From Escherichia coli (GTDB taxonomy: Bacteria > Pseudomonadota > Gammaproteobacteria > Enterobacterales > Enterobacteriaceae): 64,000 bases of DNA. Positions 12,483 to 21,875 of the stretch are shown piece after piece. The notes under the pieces are model-generated. The model did not search any database. It was not told where the DNA came from and worked only from the letters and a program-made list of their open reading frames with translations. The position numbers were made by a program, and so were the translations under genes. Each line of letters starts with the position of its first letter. Position 1 is the first letter of the stretch. The DNA is taken from the NCBI RefSeq assembly GCF_050920415.1, contig NZ_CP169309.1; one strand, given 5' to 3'.

Positions 12483-13403
12483 ATGAATATGAAATTGAAA
12501 ACATTATTCGCAGCGGCCTTCGCTGTTGTCGGCTTTTGCAGTACCGCCTCTGCGGTAACTTATCCTCTGCCAACCGACGGGAGTCGCCTGGTTGGTCAGA
12601 ATCAGGTGATCACCATTCCTGAAGGTAACACTCAGCCGCTGGAGTATTTTGCCGCCGAGTACCAGATGGGTCTTTCCAACATGATGGAAGCTAACCCGGG
12701 TGTGGATACCTTCCTGCCGAAAGGCGGTACTGTACTGAACATTCCGCAGCAGCTGATCCTGCCGGATACCGTTCATGAAGGCATTGTCATTAACAGCGCA
12801 GAGATGCGTCTCTATTACTATCCGAAAGGCAGCAACACCGTTATCGTGCTGCCCATCGGCATTGGTCAGTTAGGCAAAGACACGCCTATCAACTGGACCA
12901 CCAAAGTTGAGCGTAAAAAAGCAGGCCCTACCTGGACGCCGACCGCCAAAATGCACGCAGAGTACCGCGCTGCGGGCGAACCGCTTCCGGCTGTCGTTCC
13001 GGCAGGTCCGGATAACCCGATGGGGCTGTATGCACTCTACATCGGTCGCCTGTACGCTATCCATGGCACCAACGCCAACTTCGGTATCGGCCTGCGTGTA
13101 AGTCATGGTTGTGTGCGTCTGCGTAACGAAGACATCAAATTCCTGTTCGAGAAAGTGCCGGTCGGTACTCGCGTACAGTTTATTGATGAGCCGGTAAAAG
13201 CGACCACCGAGCCTGACGGCAGCCGTTATATTGAAGTCCATAACCCGCTGTCTACCACCGAAGCCCAGTTTGAAGGTCAGGAAATTGTGCCAATTACCCT
13301 GACCAAGAGCGTGCAGACAGTAACTGGTCAGCCTGATGTGGATCAGGTCGTGCTGGATGAAGCGATCAAAAATCGTTCCGGGATGCCGGTTCGTCTGAAT
13401 TAA
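12483..13403 (+). CDS. ldtB: L,D-transpeptidase (YkuD domain) with signal peptide
   Basis: 306-aa ORF, N-terminal signal peptide, catalytic SHGCVR motif. Confidence 0.92.
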   Translation: MNMKLKTLFAAAFAVVGFCSTASAVTYPLPTDGSRLVGQNQVITIPEGNTQPLEYFAAEYQMGLSNMMEANPGVDTFLPKGGTVLNIPQQLILPDTVHEGIVINSAEMRLYYYPKGSNTVIVLPIGIGQLGKDTPINWTTKVERKKAGPTWTPTAKMHAEYRAAGEPLPAVVPAGPDNPMGLYALYIGRLYAIHGTNANFGIGLRVSHGCVRLRNEDIKFLFEKVPVGTRVQFIDEPVKATTEPDGSRYIEVHNPLSTTEAQFEGQEIVPITLTKSVQTVTGQPDVDQVVLDEAIKNRSGMPVRLN

Positions 13404-13420
13404 TCTTCAAAACTTAAATT

Positions 13421-13450
13421 AAAAGGCGGACTCATAATCCGCCTTTTTTA
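13421..13450. terminator. Bidirectional rho-independent terminator between ldtB and ybiR
   Basis: aaaggcgga...tccgccttt stem with flanking A and T runs. Confidence 0.7.
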
Positions 13451-13461
13451 TTTGCCAGCAC

Positions 13462-14580
13462 CTAGCTGGCCGGGAACATAACTAACAAAACGTATCCCAC
13501 CAGCGCCGCCCACAACAGCATCGGTATTGAATAGAGATGGAAACGCCACCAGATACGGCGATCGTTTGCCATCCGTAACGCAATCAAATTTGCCAGCGAT
13601 CCGGGTAATAAACCAAAGCCACCCACGTTTACCGCCCATGCCAGTAATAAAGACGGTGGCACATAATTGAGCAGCAAAATCGTGCTCGGCACGTTACTGA
13701 TCACCTGCGATAAACCAATTGCCGTTAACCATAATCCGGGTTCGGATAAATGGCTCACATTGCTCAACACGCCCTGCAAAGCTGGCAGTTGGGTCAGCAA
13801 ATGGACGTCGATAAACATCGCCATAAATACCAGCAGCAGAGTCCAGTCCACGCTGATCACCACGCGACGAGCCAGCAGCGCAAAGCCCGCCGCTACAATC
13901 ACCAGTCCCCACAGCTCTTGTTTTAACTCCAGCGCCGTCAGAAAGACGATATACAGCCCCAGACAACTCCACACCAGCCGCGGTTTCCACTCAGGTGTTT
14001 GCGCCCCCGTATGATATTGCAGCGCCTTTCCAGGGAAACAACACCAGCACAGTAGCAGGAGTGTCAGCATCATTGCGCCAGCCAGCGGTGCCATTTGGGC
14101 AATAAACCCGGCAAACGAAAGACCAGAACGACCCCAGATAAGAATATTTTGCGGGTTGCCAATCGGCGTCAGTAGCGAACCCGCATTGACTGCCAGCGCC
14201 TCAAAAATAATCAGTCGATTAACCGGGATCTCACACAGTCTTTTTAGTGTGATTGTCAGCGGAACAACAATAAACAGCGCGACATCGTTGGTCAGAAATG
14301 TTGAAAGCAACGCCGCCGCCAGCACCATAAACATTGCCAGCCGACGCTCAGTAGCAAAGCGGCGCACCATTTTGCGCCCCAGCACATCAAAATAACCGCT
14401 TAACTCCACACCTTTGGTCAGCAGCATCAGGCCACTGAGGGTGATGATAGTGTGCCAGTCGATAGCAGCAAGCCAGGATTTCGGTGCAAAGGGAACGAAA
14501 AAACTTAATCCGATGCCAACAAGAATTAATAACTGAAAAAAGCGATCGCCTTGTAGCGTGCGTAAAAAAGGCAGGCTCAT
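13462..14580 (-). CDS. ybiR: Inner-membrane transporter, ArsB/NhaD-like permease
   Basis: 372-aa highly hydrophobic ORF; start overlaps mntR stop (operon arrangement). Confidence 0.88.
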
Positions 14581-15044
14581 TTGGCACCGTGTTTCTGGGT
14601 AAACAAACGAAAGGCATCCAGCGTCTCTTCACTGACATGGTGCTCCATGCCTTCCGCGTCGCGACGAGCGATTTCCGGGCTGACGCCCAACACCAACAAG
14701 AAATTTTCGACTATCTGATGTCGCTCGCGGCTTTCCTGCGCCAGTTTCTCTCCTTCTGCCGTTAAAAACACGCCACGCCAGGGGATCATTTCAATCAGCC
14801 CCATGGTTGCCAGTCGTTTGAGCATTTTAGCCACCGTCGGTTGCGAAACGCCCAGACGAGCAGCCATGTCCACCTGACGAGCTTCCCCCACTTCCCTGAT
14901 CAAGTCAGAAATCAGCTCAACGTAATCATCAATAAGCTCGCGCCGGTGTGCCTCTCTGACCTGGCGGAACCCTTCAACGTGCTCTTCCACATTCACTAAC
15001 TGCGTCACTTTTTTTGCTGTTGGCGTACCTGCGCGACGACTCAT
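14577..15044 (-). CDS. mntR: Manganese-responsive transcriptional regulator (DtxR family)
   Basis: 155-aa ORF with N-terminal HTH and DtxR-like metal-binding C-terminus. Confidence 0.93.
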
Positions 15045-15149
15045 TGTGCTTCCTCATTATGGTGACGCATACATAGCGTTCTCATTTCGTGCGCACATTG
15101 TAAACCAGAGTTGCGAAGGTACAAAAAATTAACGTTTTAGCAATAGCTA

Positions 15150-15160
15150 TATAATATAGC
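15150..15160. repeat. Left copy of the 11-bp direct repeat tataatatagc (putative attL core)
   Basis: Exact 11-bp match to 47440..47450; host-like sequence to the left, AT-rich foreign sequence to the right. Confidence 0.6.
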
Positions 15161-15409
15161 TTTGGACCCCAATAAAAACCAAATGAAAACAATTAATTAT
15201 GAAAGAAATATCATTGTAATGTCGCAAGAATGTCGCAGAATTTTGAATTTTACATCAAACAGAAATCTTACATAAGTCGTCGAAAAGGAAAACTACCAAT
15301 ATCTTTTCGGTGTTTCCTTTCCCCAAATGGAATTTTTCCTGTTATGCTAATATTCGTTTTAAGGTGTTGATAACTAACATTACACAAAGCAATTAGAACG
15401 GATACTAAC

Positions 15410-16984
15410 ATGGCTAAAAACGCAAAAAACGAGAAACCAAAAAAGTTAGCTTATAGAATAAAAAGTATTAATATTGAAAAATTAAAAGGTATAAATAACT
15501 GCCCTATTTCCTTCCCAGCAGACAGGTCTGTAACTGCTATAATGGGAATTAATGGTTCAGGTAAATCAACAATATTGCACGCTCTATCATGTGTTTTCAA
15601 ACCCAAAGAAAAATCATCCCAAGAAAATAATAGATTTTCTGACTTCTTTACCCCTCACAATGAAAATAACTGGCAAGATAGTAAATTCTCAGTAAAATTT
15701 CGAGCGGGAGAGATAAAAAACAATGGTAATAAAGTCTTTTTTGAAGAAATAGATAATGAAGAAAAGAAAGATATTGTTTATGGCAAGGATAAAAGGTGGA
15801 AACCAGTTTACGCAAGAAGACTTGAAAGAGAATCTATATATATAGGATTACAAAATCTTGCAACGTTAGCTGACAATACAGGAGCATCAAGATACTCAGA
15901 ATATGAAAGAGTAGATATTTATGATAAAGATATAAAGAATCAAATGATATTAGCTCTGAATAAAATCTTAGATGCAGATTACAACGATTTGTTTGAATGC
16001 CGCACCATTAAGGGAAACAAAAAATTCATAGGCATGGTTAAAAACGGCATTGAGTATACAGAACATACTATGGGTGCTGGAGAAAAGAGAGTCTTTGAGA
16101 TAGTTAAAAATGTTTATAATGGAAAGTTAATGCCCAATGGTTTTCTAATCATTGATGAAATAGATGTTTTGCTACATGAAAGAGCTTTTCATGAATTAAT
16201 TAATTTTCTTATCGAAGAAAGCAAGTCTATGTGTTTTGAGGTTGTTTTCACAACACATAGAGAATCCATAATAAAGTTTAAAAATCAAATCAATATAGTA
16301 AGTATATGGAACATAGGGAATGGAATAGAGGCTTATCCCGGCGTTTCTGCGGATGCTCTTCGACAGATATCCAATGTAGAACCTGATATGGTCAATGTGT
16401 TTGTAGAAGACAACTTAGCAAAAACAGCACTAAATATTTTAGTTGAAAGTGAAGGTATGAATGAACAAGTTGATATCTCGCTTTTTGGTTCGGCTGAGAA
16501 TTCAGCTGTAATTTTGTCAGGACTTAAATTAACTGGCAAACGAATTGATACAAGCCTGGCAATTTTAGACGGTGATTACTATATTACCCTCCCTGAAAAG
16601 ACCAAAATGGTTGATAGAGTGTTATCTGGAACAGATAAAAAAGTAGAAAAAAAAGAAGTCTTATCAAGAATATTCCAATTCAATTTAGATGTGACTGACG
16701 TCAAAGGCTCTCCAGAAAAAAACCATCGTGATTGGTTTGAATCTATAGACGAAAACAATATTTCGGAAAATGATAAGACAATGTTTCTTAACCTGAAAAA
16801 ACATTCTACAAGTATTGGTGCTTTAACTGATTATCATGAATATTATCCAGAGTTAGCTCGAAGGTCAAAATTAGATAATATTGAGTACAAAGTTTTGAAT
16901 TATATTAGTAAGTATAGTAATAAATGGGATTTTTACATAAATGATATTAGAAATGAAATAAAAAAAGCAATTGCAGCGATCTAA
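15410..16984 (+). CDS. ABC-type (AAA_21/AAA_15-like) ATPase fused to a C-terminal Toprim/DUF4435-like domain; OLD-family or fused-PARIS-like candidate defence protein
   Basis: Walker A GINGSGKST, signature-like GAGEKR, Walker B LIIDEIDVLLHE, H-loop TTH; C-terminal half has VFVEDN and ILDGDY resembling Toprim E and DxD; about 30 percent GC; own terminator. Confidence 0.6.
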   Translation: MAKNAKNEKPKKLAYRIKSINIEKLKGINNCPISFPADRSVTAIMGINGSGKSTILHALSCVFKPKEKSSQENNRFSDFFTPHNENNWQDSKFSVKFRAGEIKNNGNKVFFEEIDNEEKKDIVYGKDKRWKPVYARRLERESIYIGLQNLATLADNTGASRYSEYERVDIYDKDIKNQMILALNKILDADYNDLFECRTIKGNKKFIGMVKNGIEYTEHTMGAGEKRVFEIVKNVYNGKLMPNGFLIIDEIDVLLHERAFHELINFLIEESKSMCFEVVFTTHRESIIKFKNQINIVSIWNIGNGIEAYPGVSADALRQISNVEPDMVNVFVEDNLAKTALNILVESEGMNEQVDISLFGSAENSAVILSGLKLTGKRIDTSLAILDGDYYITLPEKTKMVDRVLSGTDKKVEKKEVLSRIFQFNLDVTDVKGSPEKNHRDWFESIDENNISENDKTMFLNLKKHSTSIGALTDYHEYYPELARRSKLDNIEYKVLNYISKYSNKWDFYINDIRNEIKKAIAAI

Positions 16985-16991
16985 ACCTCAT

Positions 16992-17020
16992 AAAAGGCGT
17001 AATTTATACGCCTTTTTTTA
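16992..17020. terminator. Rho-independent terminator after the ATPase gene
   Basis: aaaggcgta...tacgccttt stem followed by a run of T. Confidence 0.75.
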
Positions 17021-17181
17021 AGGTTTAAATTATAGTTGCTAATTTCTACTCTTTGTTCCCTCTGTTCGTGCACGTTTCAGGTAGTAAGCTCTCCATCGAA
17101 CCATAGAGATTGAACGCTTTGATTTTTTTTTACATACTGTCTGAAGCTCATTTACTAAGTATTGATAGTCAGGATGACAAC

Positions 17182-17808
17182 ATGACCTCCTACGATGAAC
17201 TTAAAGAATGCATCCGCCTTGAAGTCATTGGCCATGACAAATCCTTTTCATGGCGTAAAGCGTTACTTCGTACCCGACGCAACCAGAAGAAGCACTTCCT
17301 GTTCTGGTGGCGTATCGCTTCATGGCTCTATGGCCAGAATAGTAAGTTCAAAAAGCGCATTGCCCGCAGAATTGAAAACCGCCTCAAGTACCTGCATAGC
17401 GTTGATATTTCGCTGTCATGCAAAATCGGCAAGGGTTTAAACATTGCTCATCTGAACGGTATTGTCATTACTGACAATTGCGTGATTGGTGATTTCGCCG
17501 ACCTGAAGCAAGGCATCACCATAGGGTTACGCACCGACAGTGCCGACGCGATGATAGTCATTGGTGATCATGTTGATATTGGCTGTAATTCGTCCATTCT
17601 GGGCGGCAAGGTTACGATCGGAAACAATGTCACCATTGGGGCGCATTCACTGGTACTTCAGAACATCCCCAGCGACACCGTTTATAAAAACAAGATCACG
17701 CCGGTGTATACATCCAAACTACCGCAGCAGGAATATCAGGAAAATCGGCCTTTTGTCACTGGCAAGGCGATAAAAGAAGCGTCCCGTTCCGCAGAAGCGG
17801 TGCTGTAA
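17182..17808 (+). CDS. Hexapeptide-repeat (left-handed beta-helix) acetyltransferase, serine/sugar O-acetyltransferase-like
   Basis: Tandem hexapeptide repeats (GIVITDNCVIGD, VIGDHVDIGCNSSILGGKVTIGNNVTIGAHSLV); start chosen at ATG 17182 with AGGA RBS, alternative start at 17110; AT-rich. Confidence 0.65.
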   Translation: MTSYDELKECIRLEVIGHDKSFSWRKALLRTRRNQKKHFLFWWRIASWLYGQNSKFKKRIARRIENRLKYLHSVDISLSCKIGKGLNIAHLNGIVITDNCVIGDFADLKQGITIGLRTDSADAMIVIGDHVDIGCNSSILGGKVTIGNNVTIGAHSLVLQNIPSDTVYKNKITPVYTSKLPQQEYQENRPFVTGKAIKEASRSAEAVL

Positions 17809-18186
17809 TTTCGCTGAACAAATTTCAGTTATGAAGATTGCATAAATTTACGTGCAGCCCGCGCCAGCTCTTACAAGCGGGCTAATCTCTATAATGTCTG
17901 GCTTATCTCCCAACGATCCACGAACACCGCCTAAAATATAATTTTCCCTTTATTATCTGTGCGTTATGATTTTACACCGATCCTTAACAGATCCTCTTTA
18001 CTGAAAAAAATGAAATTTCTTTCAATCATTTCAGTTCCTGTTCTCCGCAAAGCCGCCAGTAATGGTGCGGTCTGGCGCTCTGGTTTGTAGAAAAATAAAA
18101 CTGAAAAAATTTCCAGATCCAGAAACCGCAGGCGGGTGCGGTGTAGCGCCGTTTTTGTCTGCGAAAGATTTATTTTGTCGGCGCAT

Positions 18187-18230
18187 CGCAGCGCCAGCGC
18201 AGCGCCAGCGCAGCGCCAGCGCAGCGCCAT
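18187..18230. repeat. Four tandem copies of an 11-bp GC-rich unit (cgcagcgccag)
   Basis: Read directly: cgcagcgccag x3 then cgcagcgccat, in a noncoding spacer between the cargo and the last phage gene. Confidence 0.8.
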
Positions 18231-18352
18231 GCGCACGATCTTTTATGTGTGTTGCGTTGGGTTAATTTGTTGCCTGAAGTGCTGAGGGCGCGTTCTGCTG
18301 CGTCTGAGGAAGGGTATGAAAAAGCCCGCATTATGCGGGCGTGTTGTCATGG

Positions 18353-20056
18353 TCAGGCAATTATATTCTGGTACTTGCTCCGGGTCTGCCCTGCTTTCGT
18401 CGCCGTCTGTACGAACGCGTCAGCATTGGTTGGCGTCCCAACAGTGGGGTGTGAATGGTTCGCGCATTGCTGCGCCAGCTCTGCCAGTAAATCAATGGTA
18501 TCCAGCATCATGGTCAGGGCGTTGATACTCTCGCTGCCAATATGGACAGTTGCCCCCATGACCTGCTGACCGCCAGCGGCCACTGATTTACGCAGTGCGG
18601 CAATCTTCTCTGTCAGGCTTTCGCCAACCTCCACGGCTACAGCACCGCCCACTTTAGTGGACTGCTGTCCTGCTATGTCCGTTTCTTCGTTTCCTTCAAT
18701 ACTGGCCAGCCTGTTTCCTTTCACCGCCTGGCTATAATCACCGGCGCTTACCTGCTGGATGGCTCCGGCCAGCAGTGTGGCGGTTCCCAGTACCGTGGTT
18801 TTATCCGTGGCTTTCACCGTGGTTTCACGGCTGACCAGTTCGCGCTGTTCCGTATCGGCTTTTACGGTTCGCGCCATCGATGTTTCGCTGATGGTCTGAT
18901 CGGTCTGCCTTACCCAGTCGCCCGCCTGAGTCACCCTCTGGGATACTTCTTCCCGCTGCTGCTGCAACTGTTCACCGGGTTTAACGTCCGGCAGACTGGT
19001 GCCATCCGGTAGCGTCTGCCTGATAAAAGGTTTATCCGGTCTGCCTCCCGTGAATGCAACCTCAACCAGCGTCCCTTCTGGCGGAAACTGAAACATACCT
19101 GAATCATTCCCGGCCATTGGTACCGGCAGCGGCACCGCTGAATAAACAGGCGTCTGATTGTCCGGGTTTCCGTCTGCGTCAAGCAGCTGCACGTCCACGG
19201 CGTAACGTGGCCGGAAGGGATCGGCAAAGTTACCGCTTTTTACCGGCTCTGAATGCGCCACAACTCTGGCCATCTTTGGCAAATGAAGCCCGGATGCCAG
19301 TTCCGGGTAATGGCTTTCAATCTGCCGTTGCGCCGGTGTTTTCTGCAAAGGTTTACCCGTTGCGCGGTTTCTCGGCGTCCATGTGATCGCCATCGCGTCA
19401 TTAGTCAGGTGAACTTTAGTCACGCGTTCACCGTTCATCTCCACCCCTGGCCGCATAGTCTGGATCACTGGTAATGTCACAGAGTTACCGCCAGCAGCCC
19501 CCTGGCTGAACTCTGACGGGATTTCTACGGGGCGACCGGCAAATAATGACTTTTCTGCGCCGCCGACGTAAAGCGAACCATCAGGCAACTGGTACCAGAT
19601 GTAATCCTGGATACTGAACGCCCTTCCCAGATTGTTCAGCAACTGATAACCAGTACCGTTATGGGTAAAATGTGGGATGGGGGTATCGCTGTACTGTGCA
19701 TCAGGCACACTGACCGTGATCCCGCTGTTTTCTTCCAGCCAGCTGGCAACCTCGCGTAAAGTTGGATGTTGAAATGAGCACGGCCACATCCTTTCAAATA
19801 CACCTGCCAGCTCACGAATGAACAGACGCTGAAAACCGTTTTCAGCGGGCTGCGATCGCTCCACATACCCCGTAAACCAGCGCAAAAGCAGATCGGTATA
19901 CCCCACATCCAGCCGCACCAGTTTTCCGGTGTAATCGGTTGTTGTCTCTGCGGTGATGAAGCCCCGGCCGCAGCTGTTCAGCTCCAGTACCAGGCTGGCA
20001 TCCACCAGGTGAACTTCATCAGTTGAAAGGTAAAGGCGTTTTACTGGTTTCATCAT
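18353..20056 (-). CDS. Phage protein, last gene of the tail operon; possibly baseplate hub / late-control-D-like (uncertain)
   Basis: 567-aa ORF translationally coupled to the upstream gene, phage-like GC content; function inferred from position only. Confidence 0.35.
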   Translation of the reverse strand: MMKPVKRLYLSTDEVHLVDASLVLELNSCGRGFITAETTTDYTGKLVRLDVGYTDLLLRWFTGYVERSQPAENGFQRLFIRELAGVFERMWPCSFQHPTLREVASWLEENSGITVSVPDAQYSDTPIPHFTHNGTGYQLLNNLGRAFSIQDYIWYQLPDGSLYVGGAEKSLFAGRPVEIPSEFSQGAAGGNSVTLPVIQTMRPGVEMNGERVTKVHLTNDAMAITWTPRNRATGKPLQKTPAQRQIESHYPELASGLHLPKMARVVAHSEPVKSGNFADPFRPRYAVDVQLLDADGNPDNQTPVYSAVPLPVPMAGNDSGMFQFPPEGTLVEVAFTGGRPDKPFIRQTLPDGTSLPDVKPGEQLQQQREEVSQRVTQAGDWVRQTDQTISETSMARTVKADTEQRELVSRETTVKATDKTTVLGTATLLAGAIQQVSAGDYSQAVKGNRLASIEGNEETDIAGQQSTKVGGAVAVEVGESLTEKIAALRKSVAAGGQQVMGATVHIGSESINALTMMLDTIDLLAELAQQCANHSHPTVGTPTNADAFVQTATKAGQTRSKYQNIIA

Positions 20057-20601
20057 TAACCCAAAGCATCATTGACGGGCTTCAGCACCTTGCGTTCAAA
20101 CCACGTCAGTTTTTCTTCATCTTCTCCGGCAGACTGGCCACCGGACTGTCCCGCACTGCCGGTAGTCTGTTTTTTTGCGGTCGTCTTACCTGTTGCCCTG
20201 GCCTCTCGCTTTTCCTGCACGCTGATATGTTCCGCCAGTGTGAATGTCACCAGCCAGGCCATTTTCCCGTCCTGCTGGGGTGCATCCAGCATTCCGCTGA
20301 ACGTTGCTTCACGAAAATTAACAGCACGGGCAACTTCATGCGCCACGCGGTACTTCTGACGATTACCACTGGCATCGGTAGCACTGGCCAGCTCAAAAAT
20401 ACGCTTCAGTATTTCAGGCTGTTTAAAAGGTATTTCACCGCTGATCCGCAGTTCCTTTCCCTTTGCTCCCTGCTCTGATTTTGTTGTGGCGCTGGTCTGG
20501 CCGGACTGATCTTTATCCTGAAATTGCTGTGAAACAGTCACCCGCATGTTTTTCAGCTGGATGGCCTCGCCATTAAGCGCCAGTGTCGGGATCGAAGTCA
20601 T
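20056..20601 (-). CDS. Phage protein of unknown function (tail operon)
   Basis: 181-aa ORF with overlapping start and stop to its neighbours; no motif recognised. Confidence 0.4.
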   Translation of the reverse strand: MTSIPTLALNGEAIQLKNMRVTVSQQFQDKDQSGQTSATTKSEQGAKGKELRISGEIPFKQPEILKRIFELASATDASGNRQKYRVAHEVARAVNFREATFSGMLDAPQQDGKMAWLVTFTLAEHISVQEKREARATGKTTAKKQTTGSAGQSGGQSAGEDEEKLTWFERKVLKPVNDALG

Positions 20602-21298
20602 GAATCATTCCCTTTATTCCATCAAGATTATCGCCAACCAGCATCATGGCAGCGGTGTAAACGGCAGACTGCTGCGGAATGTCCTTCACCAGTTCCAGTA
20701 ACGTGGTGCCGGTGTCTCCGCTGGCAGTAAAAACCCACACTCTGGCACTCTTTCCCTGTAAATCATTCAGGCCGCTGGCTACATCACTGATAAGCTGGTC
20801 ACGCAGCTGCGTGAACTCGCCCAGCTGTTTTTTCAGCCCTTCGATATCAAACCCGGCATCCGCCGCCTTTTGTGCCTGGCTGATTGCCGTAGCAGATAAA
20901 GCTGCCCTGCTGGTTGGTACAGACAGCGGAATGGACGCAGGTAACGCTGCGGCGGTTTTCGCAGGGATCTGCATCTTTTCAATAGCCAGCGCTGCGGCGG
21001 ATTGCGCCAGTCGTTTGACCTGCGTGAATGCCGGGGCGGGGAAAATCCCGACCAGGTTATTCAGGCTGGCCATAAAGTTTTCCTGTGTCTGTCCGGTGAC
21101 CATCATAATCACCACGTCCGCATTCCCCCCAGTTCCGGCCAGGCGTTCAGCAAGATAGCGAACGGCATTAACCGGGCTGAGATATGCCCCGTTCGCAGTC
21201 TGCTGTCCCAGCCCATAAATCCACGGATGCGCAGGAACGATCGAACAGTTCAGCGCAGCAACAGAATCCGTGAAGGCCAGACGTGCTTCACGCCACAT
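20573..21298 (-). CDS. Phage protein of unknown function (tail operon)
   Basis: ORF downstream of the tail fibre assembly gene; start uncertain (21298 or 21334). Confidence 0.4.
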   Translation of the reverse strand: MWREARLAFTDSVAALNCSIVPAHPWIYGLGQQTANGAYLSPVNAVRYLAERLAGTGGNADVVIMMVTGQTQENFMASLNNLVGIFPAPAFTQVKRLAQSAAALAIEKMQIPAKTAAALPASIPLSVPTSRAALSATAISQAQKAADAGFDIEGLKKQLGEFTQLRDQLISDVASGLNDLQGKSARVWVFTASGDTGTTLLELVKDIPQQSAVYTAAMMLVGDNLDGIKGMIHDFDPDTGA

Positions 21299-21875
21299 TT
21301 CCAGGCACCTCCGGCCACACAATTTCCGGCGCATCTTCCGGTTGAATACGGTTCAGTAAAACGCGGTATTTTTTCCAGGCGGTAAGCAGCAGTGCTTCTT
21401 CTTCAGTCGCCATGTCTAAATCAACGGCATCCTGCAATGTGGCAATGGCGTCATTGGCCTGTTTAAGCAGTCTTTTCTTTTCGGCGTCTGCCTCGCTGAC
21501 TAATGCAATTCGCATGGCCTCCGCATCATCCACCCACGCCTTACCATTCCATTTTTGCCAGGCATTAGCCGGTGCAGACGTGGTTGTCCCTTCCGGGTAA
21601 GCGCCTGGCTCGGTGATCACCAGTTCATTACCGTTTTCTGTATCAAACACCACCTCACCACGATGATCCTCACGGGAAATCCATCTTTGCTTCTCTGAAT
21701 CAAAAATTGCCACAAACCCCGCTTTGATTACCGGTGGTTTTATTGTGGTGCAGTTAGCTGGTAGTCCGGTATGCGCAGGTATAAAAGCGTCACCCGAACC
21801 AATAAATTCATTCGTGTCGGAACGCAGGTTATAAACAGTAACTATTTGATCGGTTTCACTCATTTTAAAAGTCAT
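21288..21875 (-). CDS. Tail fibre assembly chaperone (gpG/Tfa-like)
   Basis: 195-aa ORF immediately after the tail fibre gene with the typical acidic, helical Tfa C-terminus. Confidence 0.65.
   Translation of the reverse strand: MTFKMSETDQIVTVYNLRSDTNEFIGSGDAFIPAHTGLPANCTTIKPPVIKAGFVAIFDSEKQRWISREDHRGEVVFDTENGNELVITEPGAYPEGTTTSAPANAWQKWNGKAWVDDAEAMRIALVSEADAEKKRLLKQANDAIATLQDAVDLDMATEEEALLLTAWKKYRVLLNRIQPEDAPEIVWPEVPGNVA

Noticed and set aside
18187-18230. Possible CRISPR array
   Set aside because: Only about four directly adjacent 11-bp units with no spacers and no cas genes; this is a simple tandem repeat.
18062-18265. 67-aa plus-strand ORF across the 11-bp tandem repeat
   Set aside because: The translation is an Ala/Arg/Ser-rich artefact of the GC-rich repeat; no RBS; more likely noncoding.
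15161-18352. Possibility that the AT-rich cargo block is a separate integrative element or insertion sequence
   Set aside because: No transposase, no second integrase and no terminal inverted repeats were seen; the only flanking direct repeat pairs 15150..15160 with 47440..47450, so the block is best read as cargo inside the prophage. This remains an inference.
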